From: an uncultured Candidatus Rokubacteria bacterium
Lineage (GTDB): Bacteria > Methylomirabilota > Methylomirabilia > Rokubacteriales > DASRDR01
Direction: 5' to 3'
DNA: 64,000 nucleotides
Assembly: GCA_963708025.1 (NCBI GenBank)
Contig: CAVPSB010000010.1
Span: 96,001 to 160,000, forward strand
Shown here: positions 18,026 through 26,834 of the stretch, in pieces
Numbering within the stretch: the first letter of the stretch is position 1
Layout of the letters: each line of letters starts with the position of its first letter
Position numbers and translations under genes: made by a program
Notes under the pieces: generated by a model
What the model was told of the DNA's origin: nothing
The model's input: only the letters and a program-made list of their open reading frames with translations
Databases searched by the model: none

Positions 18026-21000
18026 TCAGGACACGTGGGCGTCCTCCGCACGGAGCGTGCGGGGGAAGCGCTCCTCGAAGATCGTGTACAGGGTGGGGAT
18101 GAGGACGAGCGTCAGGCCGGTCGAGACCATGAGGCCTCCGATGACCGCCCGGGCCAGCGGGGCGTTGGCCTCGCTCCCGACCATCAGGCCGAGGGCCATG
18201 GGCGAGAGCCCGACGACGGTCGCAATGCTGGTCATCAGGATCGGCCGGAGCCGGGTCCGGCCGGCGGTGAGCACGGCCTCGGCGAGCGGGAGCCCGCGGC
18301 GGCGCAGCTCGTTCGTGTACTCGACCAGGAGCACGCCGTTCGACACCACGATCCCGACCATCATGATGATGCCCATGAACGAGGTCGTGGAGAGCGTCGT
18401 GCGGGTGAGGAAGAGGGCCCACAAGACCCCGATGAGACCCATGGGGACCGAGAACATGATGATGAAGGGATCCTTGAGCGACCGGAACTGGGACGCCATC
18501 ACCATGTAGACGAGCATGAGGGCCAGGATCATCGTGAACGCGAGGCTCGAGAAGGCCTCCCGCTGCTGGGCGGTCTGGCCGCCGAGCCGCACCTCGAAGC
18601 CGGCCGGCAGCCGGAGCGAGCCAAGCTTCGACTCCAGCTCGTCCGAGATCGCGCCCAGGTCCCGACCGACCGGGTTCGCCGAGATCCGGATCAGCCGCTG
18701 CTGGTACTTCCGCTCGATCTCGACGGGCGCGACGCTCCGCGAGATGTCCGCCACCGTGGACAGGACGATGGGCCGGCCGCCGGTCGCGGTGACGAAGATC
18801 TTGCCGAGGTCCTCCGGCCGCACCCGGAACGGCTCGTCGAGCTGGACGACGATGTTGTACTGGTTGCCGGTCCGGGGGTCGGTGAAGATGGCCGGGTTCA
18901 CGCTGAGGTTCGAGTTGAGCGAGAAGAGCGCGGCCTGGGCGATGTCGCGCTGGCTGAGCCCGGCCGCCGCCGCCTTCACCCGGTCCACGGCCACGCTGAA
19001 CTGGGGGTAGTTCTCCTCGCGGCTGATCTGGACGTCGGCGACGTTCGGCGTGTCCCGCATGAGCCCCGCGACCTGGCGGGCGGCCACCTGGGCCTGGGCG
19101 AGGTCGTAGCCCAGCACCTCGAGCTCCAGGGGGTTCTGGGAGCCGCGGTTGAGCACCCGGTTGACGATGCCGCCCAGGTTGAAATAGGTGACCGTGCCGG
19201 GGAACTGGCCGGCGAATTTCGGGCGGATCGCGTTGACGATCTGGGCGTCGGATCGCGTCCGCCGGTCGGGCGTGTCCAGGTAGACCTGGACCTGGCCGGC
19301 GTGGGGCCCGGTGTTGGAGGTGAAGAGGGCCGACCGGCCGCCCGGGATCCCGACCGAGGAGATGATCGTCTTGTACTCGCTCGGCTTCAGATTCGCCTTG
19401 AGGATCTCCTCCATGCGGCCGGCGATCTTCTCGGTCTCCTCGACCCGGGTCCCGATCGGCGCCCGGAAGAACACCCGGAACTGGCTCTCGTCCGAGGCGG
19501 GGAAGAACTCCGTCCCGATCAACGGGTACAGGCCCAGGCTCGCCAGGAAGGTGGCGACCACGCCGAGGACGACGGCCTTCCGGTGCCGGAGCGCCCAGCC
19601 GAGCAGGCGCTGGTAGGCGATGTCCAGGCGGTCGAGGCCGGCCTGCGTCCACCCCATGAACCGATCGCGAAACCGGCGGCTGGTGGGGTCGCGAGGGCGC
19701 TCGGGCCTGAGCCACTGCAGGCAGAGCAGCGGGGTCACCGTCCGGGAGACCAGGAAGGAGGCGAAGAGCGAGAAGGAGATCGTGAAGGTGAGGGGCAGGA
19801 AGAGGAGCTTGGCCTGACCCTCGATGAAGACCGTGGGAAGGAAGACGACGATGGTCGTGATGGTCGAGACGAAGATGGGCATCGCCACCTCGCGGGCGGC
19901 GTCGAGGACGGCGGCGCGCCGGTCCTTGCCCGGGATGGCCAGGTGCCGGTTGATGTTCTCCAGCTCCACGATCGAGTCGTCCACCAGCCGGCCGACCGCG
20001 AGGGCGAGGCCGCCCAGGGTGAAGACGTTGATCGTCTGGCCGAGGAAGTACATGGCGATGAACGTGCCGAGGATCGAGAGCGGGATCGCGATGAAGATGA
20101 TGCCCGTCGAGACGAGACTGCGGAGGAAGATCAGGATGACCAGGAAGGCGAGCACCGCGCCCTGGCCCGCCTCGTGCCAGAGGCTCTCGATGGACTGGCG
20201 GATGTAGGTGGACTGGTCGAAGGTCAGGGCGATCTGAACGCCGGCGGGGATCCCGGTGAGCTTCGGGAGGGTGCCCTTCACGGCGTCCACGATCTCCACG
20301 GTGTTGGCGCCCGGCTGCTTGTTGACGCGCAGGTAGACCGCCCGCTCGGCGTTGACCCGGACGACGCTCGTCTGCTGCTCGAAGGAGTCCGACACGTACC
20401 CGAGGTCGCGGATGTAGACCGGGACCTCGCCGATCCTCCGGACGACGATGTCCTCCATCGGCTTGACGAGCGCGAACTGGTTGTTGGTCGAGATGTTGTA
20501 GTCGACGCTGCCGATCTTGATGTCGCCCGAGGGCATCAGGAAATTGGCGTCGTTCACCGCCCGGACGACGTCCAGAACCGAGAGGCTCTTGGCGTACAGG
20601 AGGTCCCGGTTCAGGTTGACCGCGATCTGGCGGAGCTTGCCGCCGTCGACGTTGGCGGAGGCGACACCGGGCAGCCGCTCGAGCTGCGGCTCGATGGTGT
20701 TGAAGGCCAGGTCGTAGAGCTCCTTCTCGCCCAGGCCGCCGCCGGAGGCCGTGATCATGCACACCGGGATGTTGGACAGGTCGAAGCGGACGATGAAGGG
20801 CTGCTTGATCCCGGTGGGCAGCGAGTTCAGGATCTGCTGGACGCGCTGCATGATCTCGTTCTGTCCGGCGTTGACGTCGGCGTCGAAGTTGAACCAGACC
20901 TGCACCGACGAGAACCCCTGCCGGCTCTTCGACTCGACGTGGTGGACGTTGGCGACGGCGCTGACCGCCTTCTCGATCGGGTAGGTGACGGTCTTCTCGA

Positions 21001-21175
21001 TGTCCTGGACGTTGGCGCCGGTGTACTGGGTGCCGACCGTCACCACCGGCAGGTTGATGTTCGGGAAGAGGTCGATCGGCATCCGGTTGAGGGAGGTGGC
21101 CCCGAGGACGACGATGCACATGGCCGCCATCAGGACGGCGATCGCGTTGCGGATCGCGAGGAGCGTCAGCCACAT
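18026..21175 (-). CDS. RND efflux permease (AcrB/AcrD/AcrF family)
   Basis: 1049 aa; FPNINLP, GRLVDDSIVELENI, RLRPILMT. Confidence 0.95.
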   Translation of the reverse strand: MWLTLLAIRNAIAVLMAAMCIVVLGATSLNRMPIDLFPNINLPVVTVGTQYTGANVQDIEKTVTYPIEKAVSAVANVHHVESKSRQGFSSVQVWFNFDADVNAGQNEIMQRVQQILNSLPTGIKQPFIVRFDLSNIPVCMITASGGGLGEKELYDLAFNTIEPQLERLPGVASANVDGGKLRQIAVNLNRDLLYAKSLSVLDVVRAVNDANFLMPSGDIKIGSVDYNISTNNQFALVKPMEDIVVRRIGEVPVYIRDLGYVSDSFEQQTSVVRVNAERAVYLRVNKQPGANTVEIVDAVKGTLPKLTGIPAGVQIALTFDQSTYIRQSIESLWHEAGQGAVLAFLVILIFLRSLVSTGIIFIAIPLSILGTFIAMYFLGQTINVFTLGGLALAVGRLVDDSIVELENINRHLAIPGKDRRAAVLDAAREVAMPIFVSTITTIVVFLPTVFIEGQAKLLFLPLTFTISFSLFASFLVSRTVTPLLCLQWLRPERPRDPTSRRFRDRFMGWTQAGLDRLDIAYQRLLGWALRHRKAVVLGVVATFLASLGLYPLIGTEFFPASDESQFRVFFRAPIGTRVEETEKIAGRMEEILKANLKPSEYKTIISSVGIPGGRSALFTSNTGPHAGQVQVYLDTPDRRTRSDAQIVNAIRPKFAGQFPGTVTYFNLGGIVNRVLNRGSQNPLELEVLGYDLAQAQVAARQVAGLMRDTPNVADVQISREENYPQFSVAVDRVKAAAAGLSQRDIAQAALFSLNSNLSVNPAIFTDPRTGNQYNIVVQLDEPFRVRPEDLGKIFVTATGGRPIVLSTVADISRSVAPVEIERKYQQRLIRISANPVGRDLGAISDELESKLGSLRLPAGFEVRLGGQTAQQREAFSSLAFTMILALMLVYMVMASQFRSLKDPFIIMFSVPMGLIGVLWALFLTRTTLSTTSFMGIIMMVGIVVSNGVLLVEYTNELRRRGLPLAEAVLTAGRTRLRPILMTSIATVVGLSPMALGLMVGSEANAPLARAVIGGLMVSTGLTLVLIPTLYTIFEERFPRTLRAEDAHVS

Positions 21176-21187
21176 GGCTCGGCCCCG

Positions 21188-22492
21188 CTAGGACGCTGTG
21201 GCCGGCACCGCCCGGACGGCCTGGCCTTCGCGCACGAGCTCCTTGCCCTGGACGATCAGCTGGTCTTCGGGGCCGAGGCCCTTCCGGATCTGGACCAGCG
21301 AGCCCTCGCTCGCGCCGAGCACCACCGGGGCGGTCACGACCTTGCCGTCGCGCACCAGGAGCAGGGCGGGCCGGCTCTCGCTCCCCACCAGCGCCTCCAG
21401 GGGCACGAGGAGGGCGCCGCGCTCGACCTCGATCACGAGCTGGACGCGGGCGTACATCCCGGGCTTCAGGAGCCGGTCCGGGTTGGGGATCTCCACCTCC
21501 ACGCCCATCGTCCGGGTGCGGGGGTCGAGGGCGTGGACGATCTGCCGGACGACGCCGCCGAAGCGGCGATCGGGGTAGGCGTCGGCCGTGAGGCGGACCG
21601 TGGCGCCGGGCTTGACCCGCGCCACCTCGCGCTCGGGGATCTCCATCTGGATCTTCACGGGGTTGATGTCCTGGAGCGTGAGGATGGCCACCGAGGCGTT
21701 GCTGGTCGCCGCCGCCTGGTTGCTCACGGAGGAGCCCACCTCCAGCGCCTTCTGGGAGATGTACCCGGAGAAGGGCGCGACGATCCGGGTGTCGTCCACG
21801 CGCATCTGGGCCATCCGGACCCCGGCCCGCTGCTGCTCGATCTGCGTCTCGGCGAGCCTGACCTGGCTGTCGGCGGTCTCGATCTGGACCCGCGACGCCT
21901 GGACCTGGGCCTCCTGGGCCTTGAGGACGGCCTGGGAGGCCTCGAAGGTCGTGCGGGCGTTGTCCCGATCCTGCGCCGAGACGAGCCCCTTCTGGAACAG
22001 CTCGGTCATCCGCTCCGCCTGCCGGCGGTCGTTGGCCAGGACGGCCTGGGCCTTGACCAGGTTGGCGTCCTGGCTCAGGAGGTTGGCCCGGGCGGACTCG
22101 AGGTTGGACCGCGCCACCTGGAGGCCGGCCAGCGCGGTCTGGAGCAGCGCCCGCGCCTGGTCCATCGCGGTCTCCATCTCGGTGGGCTCGATCTCCACCA
22201 GGAGCTGCCCGGCCTTCACGAACTCGCCCCGCTCGACGCGGATGGCCCGGATGTAGCCCGAGGTCTTGGCGAAGATCGGGGTCTGGCGGTTCGCCAGGAT
22301 GTCGCCGGTGTACGAGAGCGTGACCTCCAGGTCGCGCCGCTCGGCTGCCGCCACGCCGACCACGGTCTCGCGGGGCGCCCGGGTCACCGCCCGGGCCTGC
22401 TGGTCGCGCACCCGGAACACGACCAGCGTGATCATCACCGCCAGCAGGGCGACCAGCACGAAGGGGACCCGGTATCGACGGATGAAGCGCAT
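21188..22492 (-). CDS. RND efflux periplasmic adaptor
   Basis: N-terminal TM, VKAGQLL, APFSG, TRT, LKPGMYA. Confidence 0.93.
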   Translation of the reverse strand: MRFIRRYRVPFVLVALLAVMITLVVFRVRDQQARAVTRAPRETVVGVAAAERRDLEVTLSYTGDILANRQTPIFAKTSGYIRAIRVERGEFVKAGQLLVEIEPTEMETAMDQARALLQTALAGLQVARSNLESARANLLSQDANLVKAQAVLANDRRQAERMTELFQKGLVSAQDRDNARTTFEASQAVLKAQEAQVQASRVQIETADSQVRLAETQIEQQRAGVRMAQMRVDDTRIVAPFSGYISQKALEVGSSVSNQAAATSNASVAILTLQDINPVKIQMEIPEREVARVKPGATVRLTADAYPDRRFGGVVRQIVHALDPRTRTMGVEVEIPNPDRLLKPGMYARVQLVIEVERGALLVPLEALVGSESRPALLLVRDGKVVTAPVVLGASEGSLVQIRKGLGPEDQLIVQGKELVREGQAVRAVPATAS

Positions 22493-23109
22493 CAGGCGGA
22501 AGCTCCTCGGTCGAGGAAGCCATGCAGGCAGAGGTCACCGATGCGGGGGGCGAGCACCTCGGCGGGGATGTCCTCGGCGTGGTTCAGCGTGGTGCCCCAG
22601 ACCATCCCGATGAGCATCGACGGGGCCAGGACCCGGTCCACCTTGCGGAACGCCCCGGCCTCCACGCCGCGATCGATCACCTCGGCCAGCAGCCGGGCGA
22701 TGTGGACGCGCCGGGCCCGGATGACCTGTTTCTTGCGAAGGAGGAGGCGCGCCTCCACGCCCTGGATGAGCCGGAAGGAGGGCAGGTGCCGCGCGAAGGT
22801 CTCGACGATGGCCTCGATCATACCGGAGAGCGCGGTGGCCGGCGGCACCGGCGCCGCGCGCTCGGCCTCCAGGCGGTCGATGAGCAGGGCGAAGGCGTCG
22901 TCCACGATCGCCAGGTAGAGGTCCTCTTTCGAGGGGAAGTACCGGTAGAGGGTGCCCTTGCCCATGCGGGCGACCCGGGCGATCTCCTCCATCGTGACGA
23001 GGTGGTAGACTCGCGCGGCAAAGATCCGGGAGGCTGCCTCCAGAATCTGACCGCGCTTCTTTGCGCGCCGCGGCGCGCGCGAGCGGGACGTCGGGGCGTG
23101 GCCGGGCAT
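22492..23109 (-). CDS. TetR/AcrR family regulator
   Basis: HTH: TMEEIARVARMGKGTLYRYFPSKEDL. Confidence 0.93.
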   Translation of the reverse strand: MPGHAPTSRSRAPRRAKKRGQILEAASRIFAARVYHLVTMEEIARVARMGKGTLYRYFPSKEDLYLAIVDDAFALLIDRLEAERAAPVPPATALSGMIEAIVETFARHLPSFRLIQGVEARLLLRKKQVIRARRVHIARLLAEVIDRGVEAGAFRKVDRVLAPSMLIGMVWGTTLNHAEDIPAEVLAPRIGDLCLHGFLDRGASA

Positions 23110-23115
23110 CGAGAG

Positions 23116-23137
23116 TGGTACTGACCGGTCAGTTCCA
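23116..23137. promoter_or_regulatory. Probable TetR operator
   Basis: Perfect 14-bp palindrome ACTGACCGGTCAGT (23120-23133) flanked by TGG/CCA, between the promoter and tetR start. Confidence 0.7.
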
Positions 23138-23142
23138 TTCGC

Positions 23143-23172
23143 ACTCTAGCCCGCGGCTCGCGGCGATGTCAA
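23143..23172 (-). promoter_or_regulatory. Sigma70-type promoter of the tetR-efflux operon
   Basis: TTGACA-N18-TAGAGT on the minus strand. Confidence 0.6.
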
Positions 23173-23250
23173 GGTGTGGGTCGGTCGCGACGGGACCGGG
23201 ACCGCCCACCGCGCTTGTGAATGTGTGCGCAAAATCCAGCCGATTTTTTC

Positions 23251-23302
23251 TTGACAGCACCAAATGTCGTATGCCAGGATTCGCCTCGCTACAATATCGT
23301 GT
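23251..23302 (+). promoter_or_regulatory. nrdJ promoter region with tandem NrdR-box-like sites
   Basis: TTGACA at 23251; gcaccaaatgtcgta and ctacaatatcgtg with AT(G/A)TCG cores 30 nt apart, resembling the NrdR consensus acaCwAtATaTwGtg. Confidence 0.6.
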
Positions 23303-23585
23303 ATGTGCCCCCTGAGAACAGGACGCCCAGCCGCATGAGTCTGGCCCGGCCGGCCGACCGGATCCGCGCCCGGGCGCTTAAGGCCCGGGCGGCCCGCTGC
23401 CCCTGGTCGGCCGGGGCGATCCGGGTGGGCCAGCCGGCGGCCACGAGCCGGCCGGCGGCCGCCGCCTTCGCGGACGGCCGGGCACCGGCGGCTGGCTTCC
23501 CGACCCGCGAGCCGGACCCCGAGACCGGTCCCTCCGAGTCGACCTGATCGTGGTCGTGGTGTCGTTGAATGAAGGAGGAGTCTGA

Positions 23586-25865
23586 ATGCGTACCGGAACC
23601 CGCCCCCCCAAGGTCGGCAAGTGGACCGAGCAGGCGTTGCGCGTGCTTCGCGAGCGGTACCTGAGCCGCGAGGGCGATGCCGTCAAGGAGACGCCGGAGG
23701 AGATGTGCTGGCGGGTGGCGACGGCGATCGCGCGGGCCGAGGAGCGGTGGGGAAAGAGTTCGGCAGTCGTCGAGGAGATCGCGGGCGCCTTCTTCGACCT
23801 GATGGTGGAGGGGCAGTTCCTGCCGAACTCGCCGACCTTGATGAACGCGGGGAAGAACAACTCGCTCCAGTACTCGGCGTGCTACGTCCTGCCGGTCGGC
23901 GACTCGATGGACGAGATCTTCGACGCGGTCAAGGACGCCGCCATCATTCACAAGTCGGGCGGTGGCACGGGGTTCGCGTTCTCCCGCCTGCGCCCGAAGG
24001 ACACGCTGGTCGCCTCCACCGGCGGCCGCGCTTCCGGGCCCGTGTCGTTCCTCCGCGTCTTCAACGCCGCCACCGAGGCCGTGAAGCAGGGGGGGACGCG
24101 CCGTGGTGCCAACATGGGCATCCTGCGGGTCGATCACCCGGACGTCCTGGAGTTCATCGAGTGCAAGCTGGACGGCGGCATCACCAACTTCAACATCTCG
24201 GTGGCGGCGACCGATCGGTTCATGGACGCCCTGGCCAAGGGCGAGGACTACGACCTGATCGATCCGCACACGAAGAAGGTGACGGGCCGGCTCAGCGCGA
24301 AGGAGGTCTTCGATCGGATCGTCACCGCCGCCTGGCGGACCGGCGATCCGGGCATGGTCTTCATCGACCGCATCAACGCCAGCCCGGCCAACCCCACGCC
24401 CGCCGTGGGGATGATCGAGGCGACGAACCCCTGTGGCGAACAGCCCCTCTTGCCCAACGAGGCCTGCAACCTCGGCTCGGTCAACGTGTCGAAGTTCGCC
24501 CAGCGGCAGCCGGATGGGGAATGGGCGATCGACTGGGCCGAGCTGGAGCGGGTCGTGCGGCTGTCGGTCCGCTTCCTGGACGACGTGATCGAGGTGAACC
24601 CGTACCCGCTGCCGGTGATCGACGACACGGTGAAGGCGAACCGCCGGATCGGTCTCGGGGTCATGGGCTGGGCGGACCTGCTCTTCCGGATGGGAATCCC
24701 GTACGACAGCCAGGCCGCCCTCGACCTGGGCGGTCAACTCATGACCTTCATCGAGGAGAAGGCCCATGACCAGTCGGCGAAGCTGGCCGAGGAGCGCGGC
24801 CCGTTCCCGAACTGGTCCCACTCGATCTACATGAGCGGCCGGCCGCTCCGCAACTCCACGGTCACCACGATCGCGCCCACCGGCACCATCTCGATGATCG
24901 CGGGCGCCTCGTCGGGGATCGAGCCGGCGTTCGCCGTGGCCTTCACCCACAAGGTCGGCGACCGGGTGCTGCCGTTCATCAACGACGTCTTCGAGCAGGT
25001 GGCGCGCGAGCGCGGCTTCCACTCGGACGCCCTCATGGACGAGGTGGCCCGGCGGGGCGTGGTGCACGGGCTGCCCGGGGTCCCGGAGGACGTCCAGCGG
25101 GTGTTCGTGACGGCGCACGAGGTGGCGTTCGAGTGGCACGTCCGGCACCAGGCCGTTTTCCAGAAGTGGACGGACAACGGCGTGTCCAAGACGATCAACC
25201 TGCCGAACTCCGCCTCGGTCGAGGACGTGGCGCGCGCCTATCTCCTGGCGTGGGAAGAGCAGTGCCTGGGCATCACCGTCTTCCGCGATGGGTGCAAGGA
25301 GGGCGTCCTCCACGTCGGCACCAAGACCAAGGCGGCCGACAAGCGCGAGGCCGAGGCGGCCGGCGCCGTGCCGGCGGTCGTCAAGCCGCGCCCGCGGAGG
25401 CTCGCCGGCCGGACCTATCGGATGGAGACGCCGCTCGGCACCGCCTTCGTCGTCGTCAACGAGAACGGCTCGGGCGAGCCGTTCGAGGTCTTCGTCTCGG
25501 TCGGCAAGGCCGGCTCCGATACGATGGCGGTCGCCGAGGCGATGGGCCGGCTCATCTCGCTGATCCTCCGCATGCCCTCGCCGTTCACGCCCACCCGCCG
25601 GGCCGAGGAGATCGTGAGCCAACTCTCCGGCATCGGTGGCGGCCGGCCGCTCGGCTTCGGGGCTCAGCGGGTCCTGTCGCTGCCGGACGGCATCGCCCGA
25701 GTCCTGGCCGAGCACCTGGGGCAGGTGAAGGTCGAGGAGGCCGGTCTCGCCGGGCAGGCGACCAAGCTGACGGCGGGGGACATCTGTCCCGAGTGCGGCC
25801 AGGCGACCTTCGTGTACGAAGAGGGCTGTAAGAAGTGCTACGGCTGCGGCTTCAACGAGTGCTGA
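23586..25865 (+). CDS. nrdJ: Class II (B12-dependent) ribonucleotide reductase with C-terminal TSCPD-like domain and Zn ribbon
   Basis: FLPNSPTLMNAG, GGTRRGANM, TNPCGEQ, TIAPTGT, SKTIN, CPECG...CYGCG. Confidence 0.95.
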   Translation: MRTGTRPPKVGKWTEQALRVLRERYLSREGDAVKETPEEMCWRVATAIARAEERWGKSSAVVEEIAGAFFDLMVEGQFLPNSPTLMNAGKNNSLQYSACYVLPVGDSMDEIFDAVKDAAIIHKSGGGTGFAFSRLRPKDTLVASTGGRASGPVSFLRVFNAATEAVKQGGTRRGANMGILRVDHPDVLEFIECKLDGGITNFNISVAATDRFMDALAKGEDYDLIDPHTKKVTGRLSAKEVFDRIVTAAWRTGDPGMVFIDRINASPANPTPAVGMIEATNPCGEQPLLPNEACNLGSVNVSKFAQRQPDGEWAIDWAELERVVRLSVRFLDDVIEVNPYPLPVIDDTVKANRRIGLGVMGWADLLFRMGIPYDSQAALDLGGQLMTFIEEKAHDQSAKLAEERGPFPNWSHSIYMSGRPLRNSTVTTIAPTGTISMIAGASSGIEPAFAVAFTHKVGDRVLPFINDVFEQVARERGFHSDALMDEVARRGVVHGLPGVPEDVQRVFVTAHEVAFEWHVRHQAVFQKWTDNGVSKTINLPNSASVEDVARAYLLAWEEQCLGITVFRDGCKEGVLHVGTKTKAADKREAEAAGAVPAVVKPRPRRLAGRTYRMETPLGTAFVVVNENGSGEPFEVFVSVGKAGSDTMAVAEAMGRLISLILRMPSPFTPTRRAEEIVSQLSGIGGGRPLGFGAQRVLSLPDGIARVLAEHLGQVKVEEAGLAGQATKLTAGDICPECGQATFVYEEGCKKCYGCGFNEC

Positions 25866-25952
25866 GTCCGGGCCGATGACCGTCGCAACGTCCTACCCCG
25901 CCAAAGGCCGAAGGCCGTCCAACGGTCGGGGAGGGAGGTGGGCGGGAGGTGT
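25863..25952 (+). repeat. Hybrid repeat: family A left end (copy 3), inverted GGCC-GAA-GGCC hairpin, family B right end
   Basis: gggccgatgaccgtcgcaacgtc ... caaaggccgaaggccgtcc ... ggtgggcgggagg just after the nrdJ stop. Confidence 0.7.
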
Positions 25953-25996
25953 CAATTGACGGCGCGGGGTCTCTCCGCTAACATCCGGCGCCGGAG

Positions 25997-26314
25997 ATGA
26001 ATCCGCGGATCCCGGTCGGCTACGACGAGGTAGGGCGGTGGCTCCGCAACTTCGCCACGTCCCACGTCAAGCGCGAGTACCCGCGCGCGGAGGCCCACGT
26101 CGAGATGGGCGGGGATCGCGAGGGGGAGAGATACGGCCTCCGGCTCGTGCTCGATGGCCGCCTGCAGCCGCCGCCGGCGGTGCCGCCGATGGAGTTCGGC
26201 TACGCCGAGGTGGCGGAGGGCCGCACCCGGTTTGCCTGGTGCGAGACGCTGGCCCAGCGGCTTCGCGCCGAGGTGCGCCGGCTGGCTGACGAGACGACGA
26301 ACCGCTCCGCCTGA
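25997..26314 (+). CDS. Hypothetical protein
   Basis: 105-aa ORF with GC3 bias; upstream TTGACG-N17-TAACAT. Confidence 0.7.
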   Translation: MNPRIPVGYDEVGRWLRNFATSHVKREYPRAEAHVEMGGDREGERYGLRLVLDGRLQPPPAVPPMEFGYAEVAEGRTRFAWCETLAQRLRAEVRRLADETTNRSA

Positions 26315-26348
26315 GCGCGGACGGGAATCCGAGCGGCGCGGGGCGGGG

Positions 26349-26642
26349 TCAGGGGACCCAGTGGTCCCCGTCCTTGTGCAGGATCATGAACCCGAGGACG
26401 GACATGAGGGCGAGGGCGGCCTCGGGCGTGTCTGCGCGCCGCTGGCCCTGGCGGCGCTCGGCCGCCGTGGTGCCGTCACCGTTGCGCCGTCGCTCCCCTT
26501 CGCGCCGATCGAGGACCACCACCGTCCGCCCACCGGACTCCTGCTTCGGCTTCACGAACTCGTAGAAGCTCGCCTGATCGCGGGCGAGGATGATGATGGT
26601 GTCGTGGTCCGTGTCGGGGGCCGCGGTCCGCTCGGTCGCCAT
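26349..26642 (-). CDS. Hypothetical protein with DRRxGERR/ERRQGQRR motifs
   Basis: 97-aa ORF; TTGAGC and TAAAAT hexamers at promoter spacing upstream on the minus strand. Confidence 0.7.
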   Translation of the reverse strand: MATERTAAPDTDHDTIIILARDQASFYEFVKPKQESGGRTVVVLDRREGERRRNGDGTTAAERRQGQRRADTPEAALALMSVLGFMILHKDGDHWVP

Positions 26643-26834
26643 GACGTGGAGCCTATTTTATGCCGGCCTCTCGGCCACGCTCAAGTTTTCTCGACCGACC
26701 CGCGGTCCGTTTCAACTTCTGTGGCATGCATCGTTGTCTAACTCGAAGTAGACAAATGCGAACAGACAGTCGCCTCAATCCGCGATCCACCTGATGGGCG
26801 CTCTGGCCGCCGACCCCGACCGGTCCACTCCGGC

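Noticed and set aside
17934-22918. Very long alternative ORFs (1534 aa, 1647 aa) and similar ones such as 23289-25715, 40189-42468, 58981-61596
   Set aside because: Shadow or antisense frames of well-supported genes in high-GC DNA; low-complexity translations with no motifs.
23300-23585. Cobalamin riboswitch in the long nrdJ leader
   Set aside because: No recognisable B12-box or other conserved riboswitch motifs by eye; an Rfam scan would settle it.
23586-25865. Intein or intron in nrdJ
   Set aside because: Catalytic motifs are contiguous and the length is normal.
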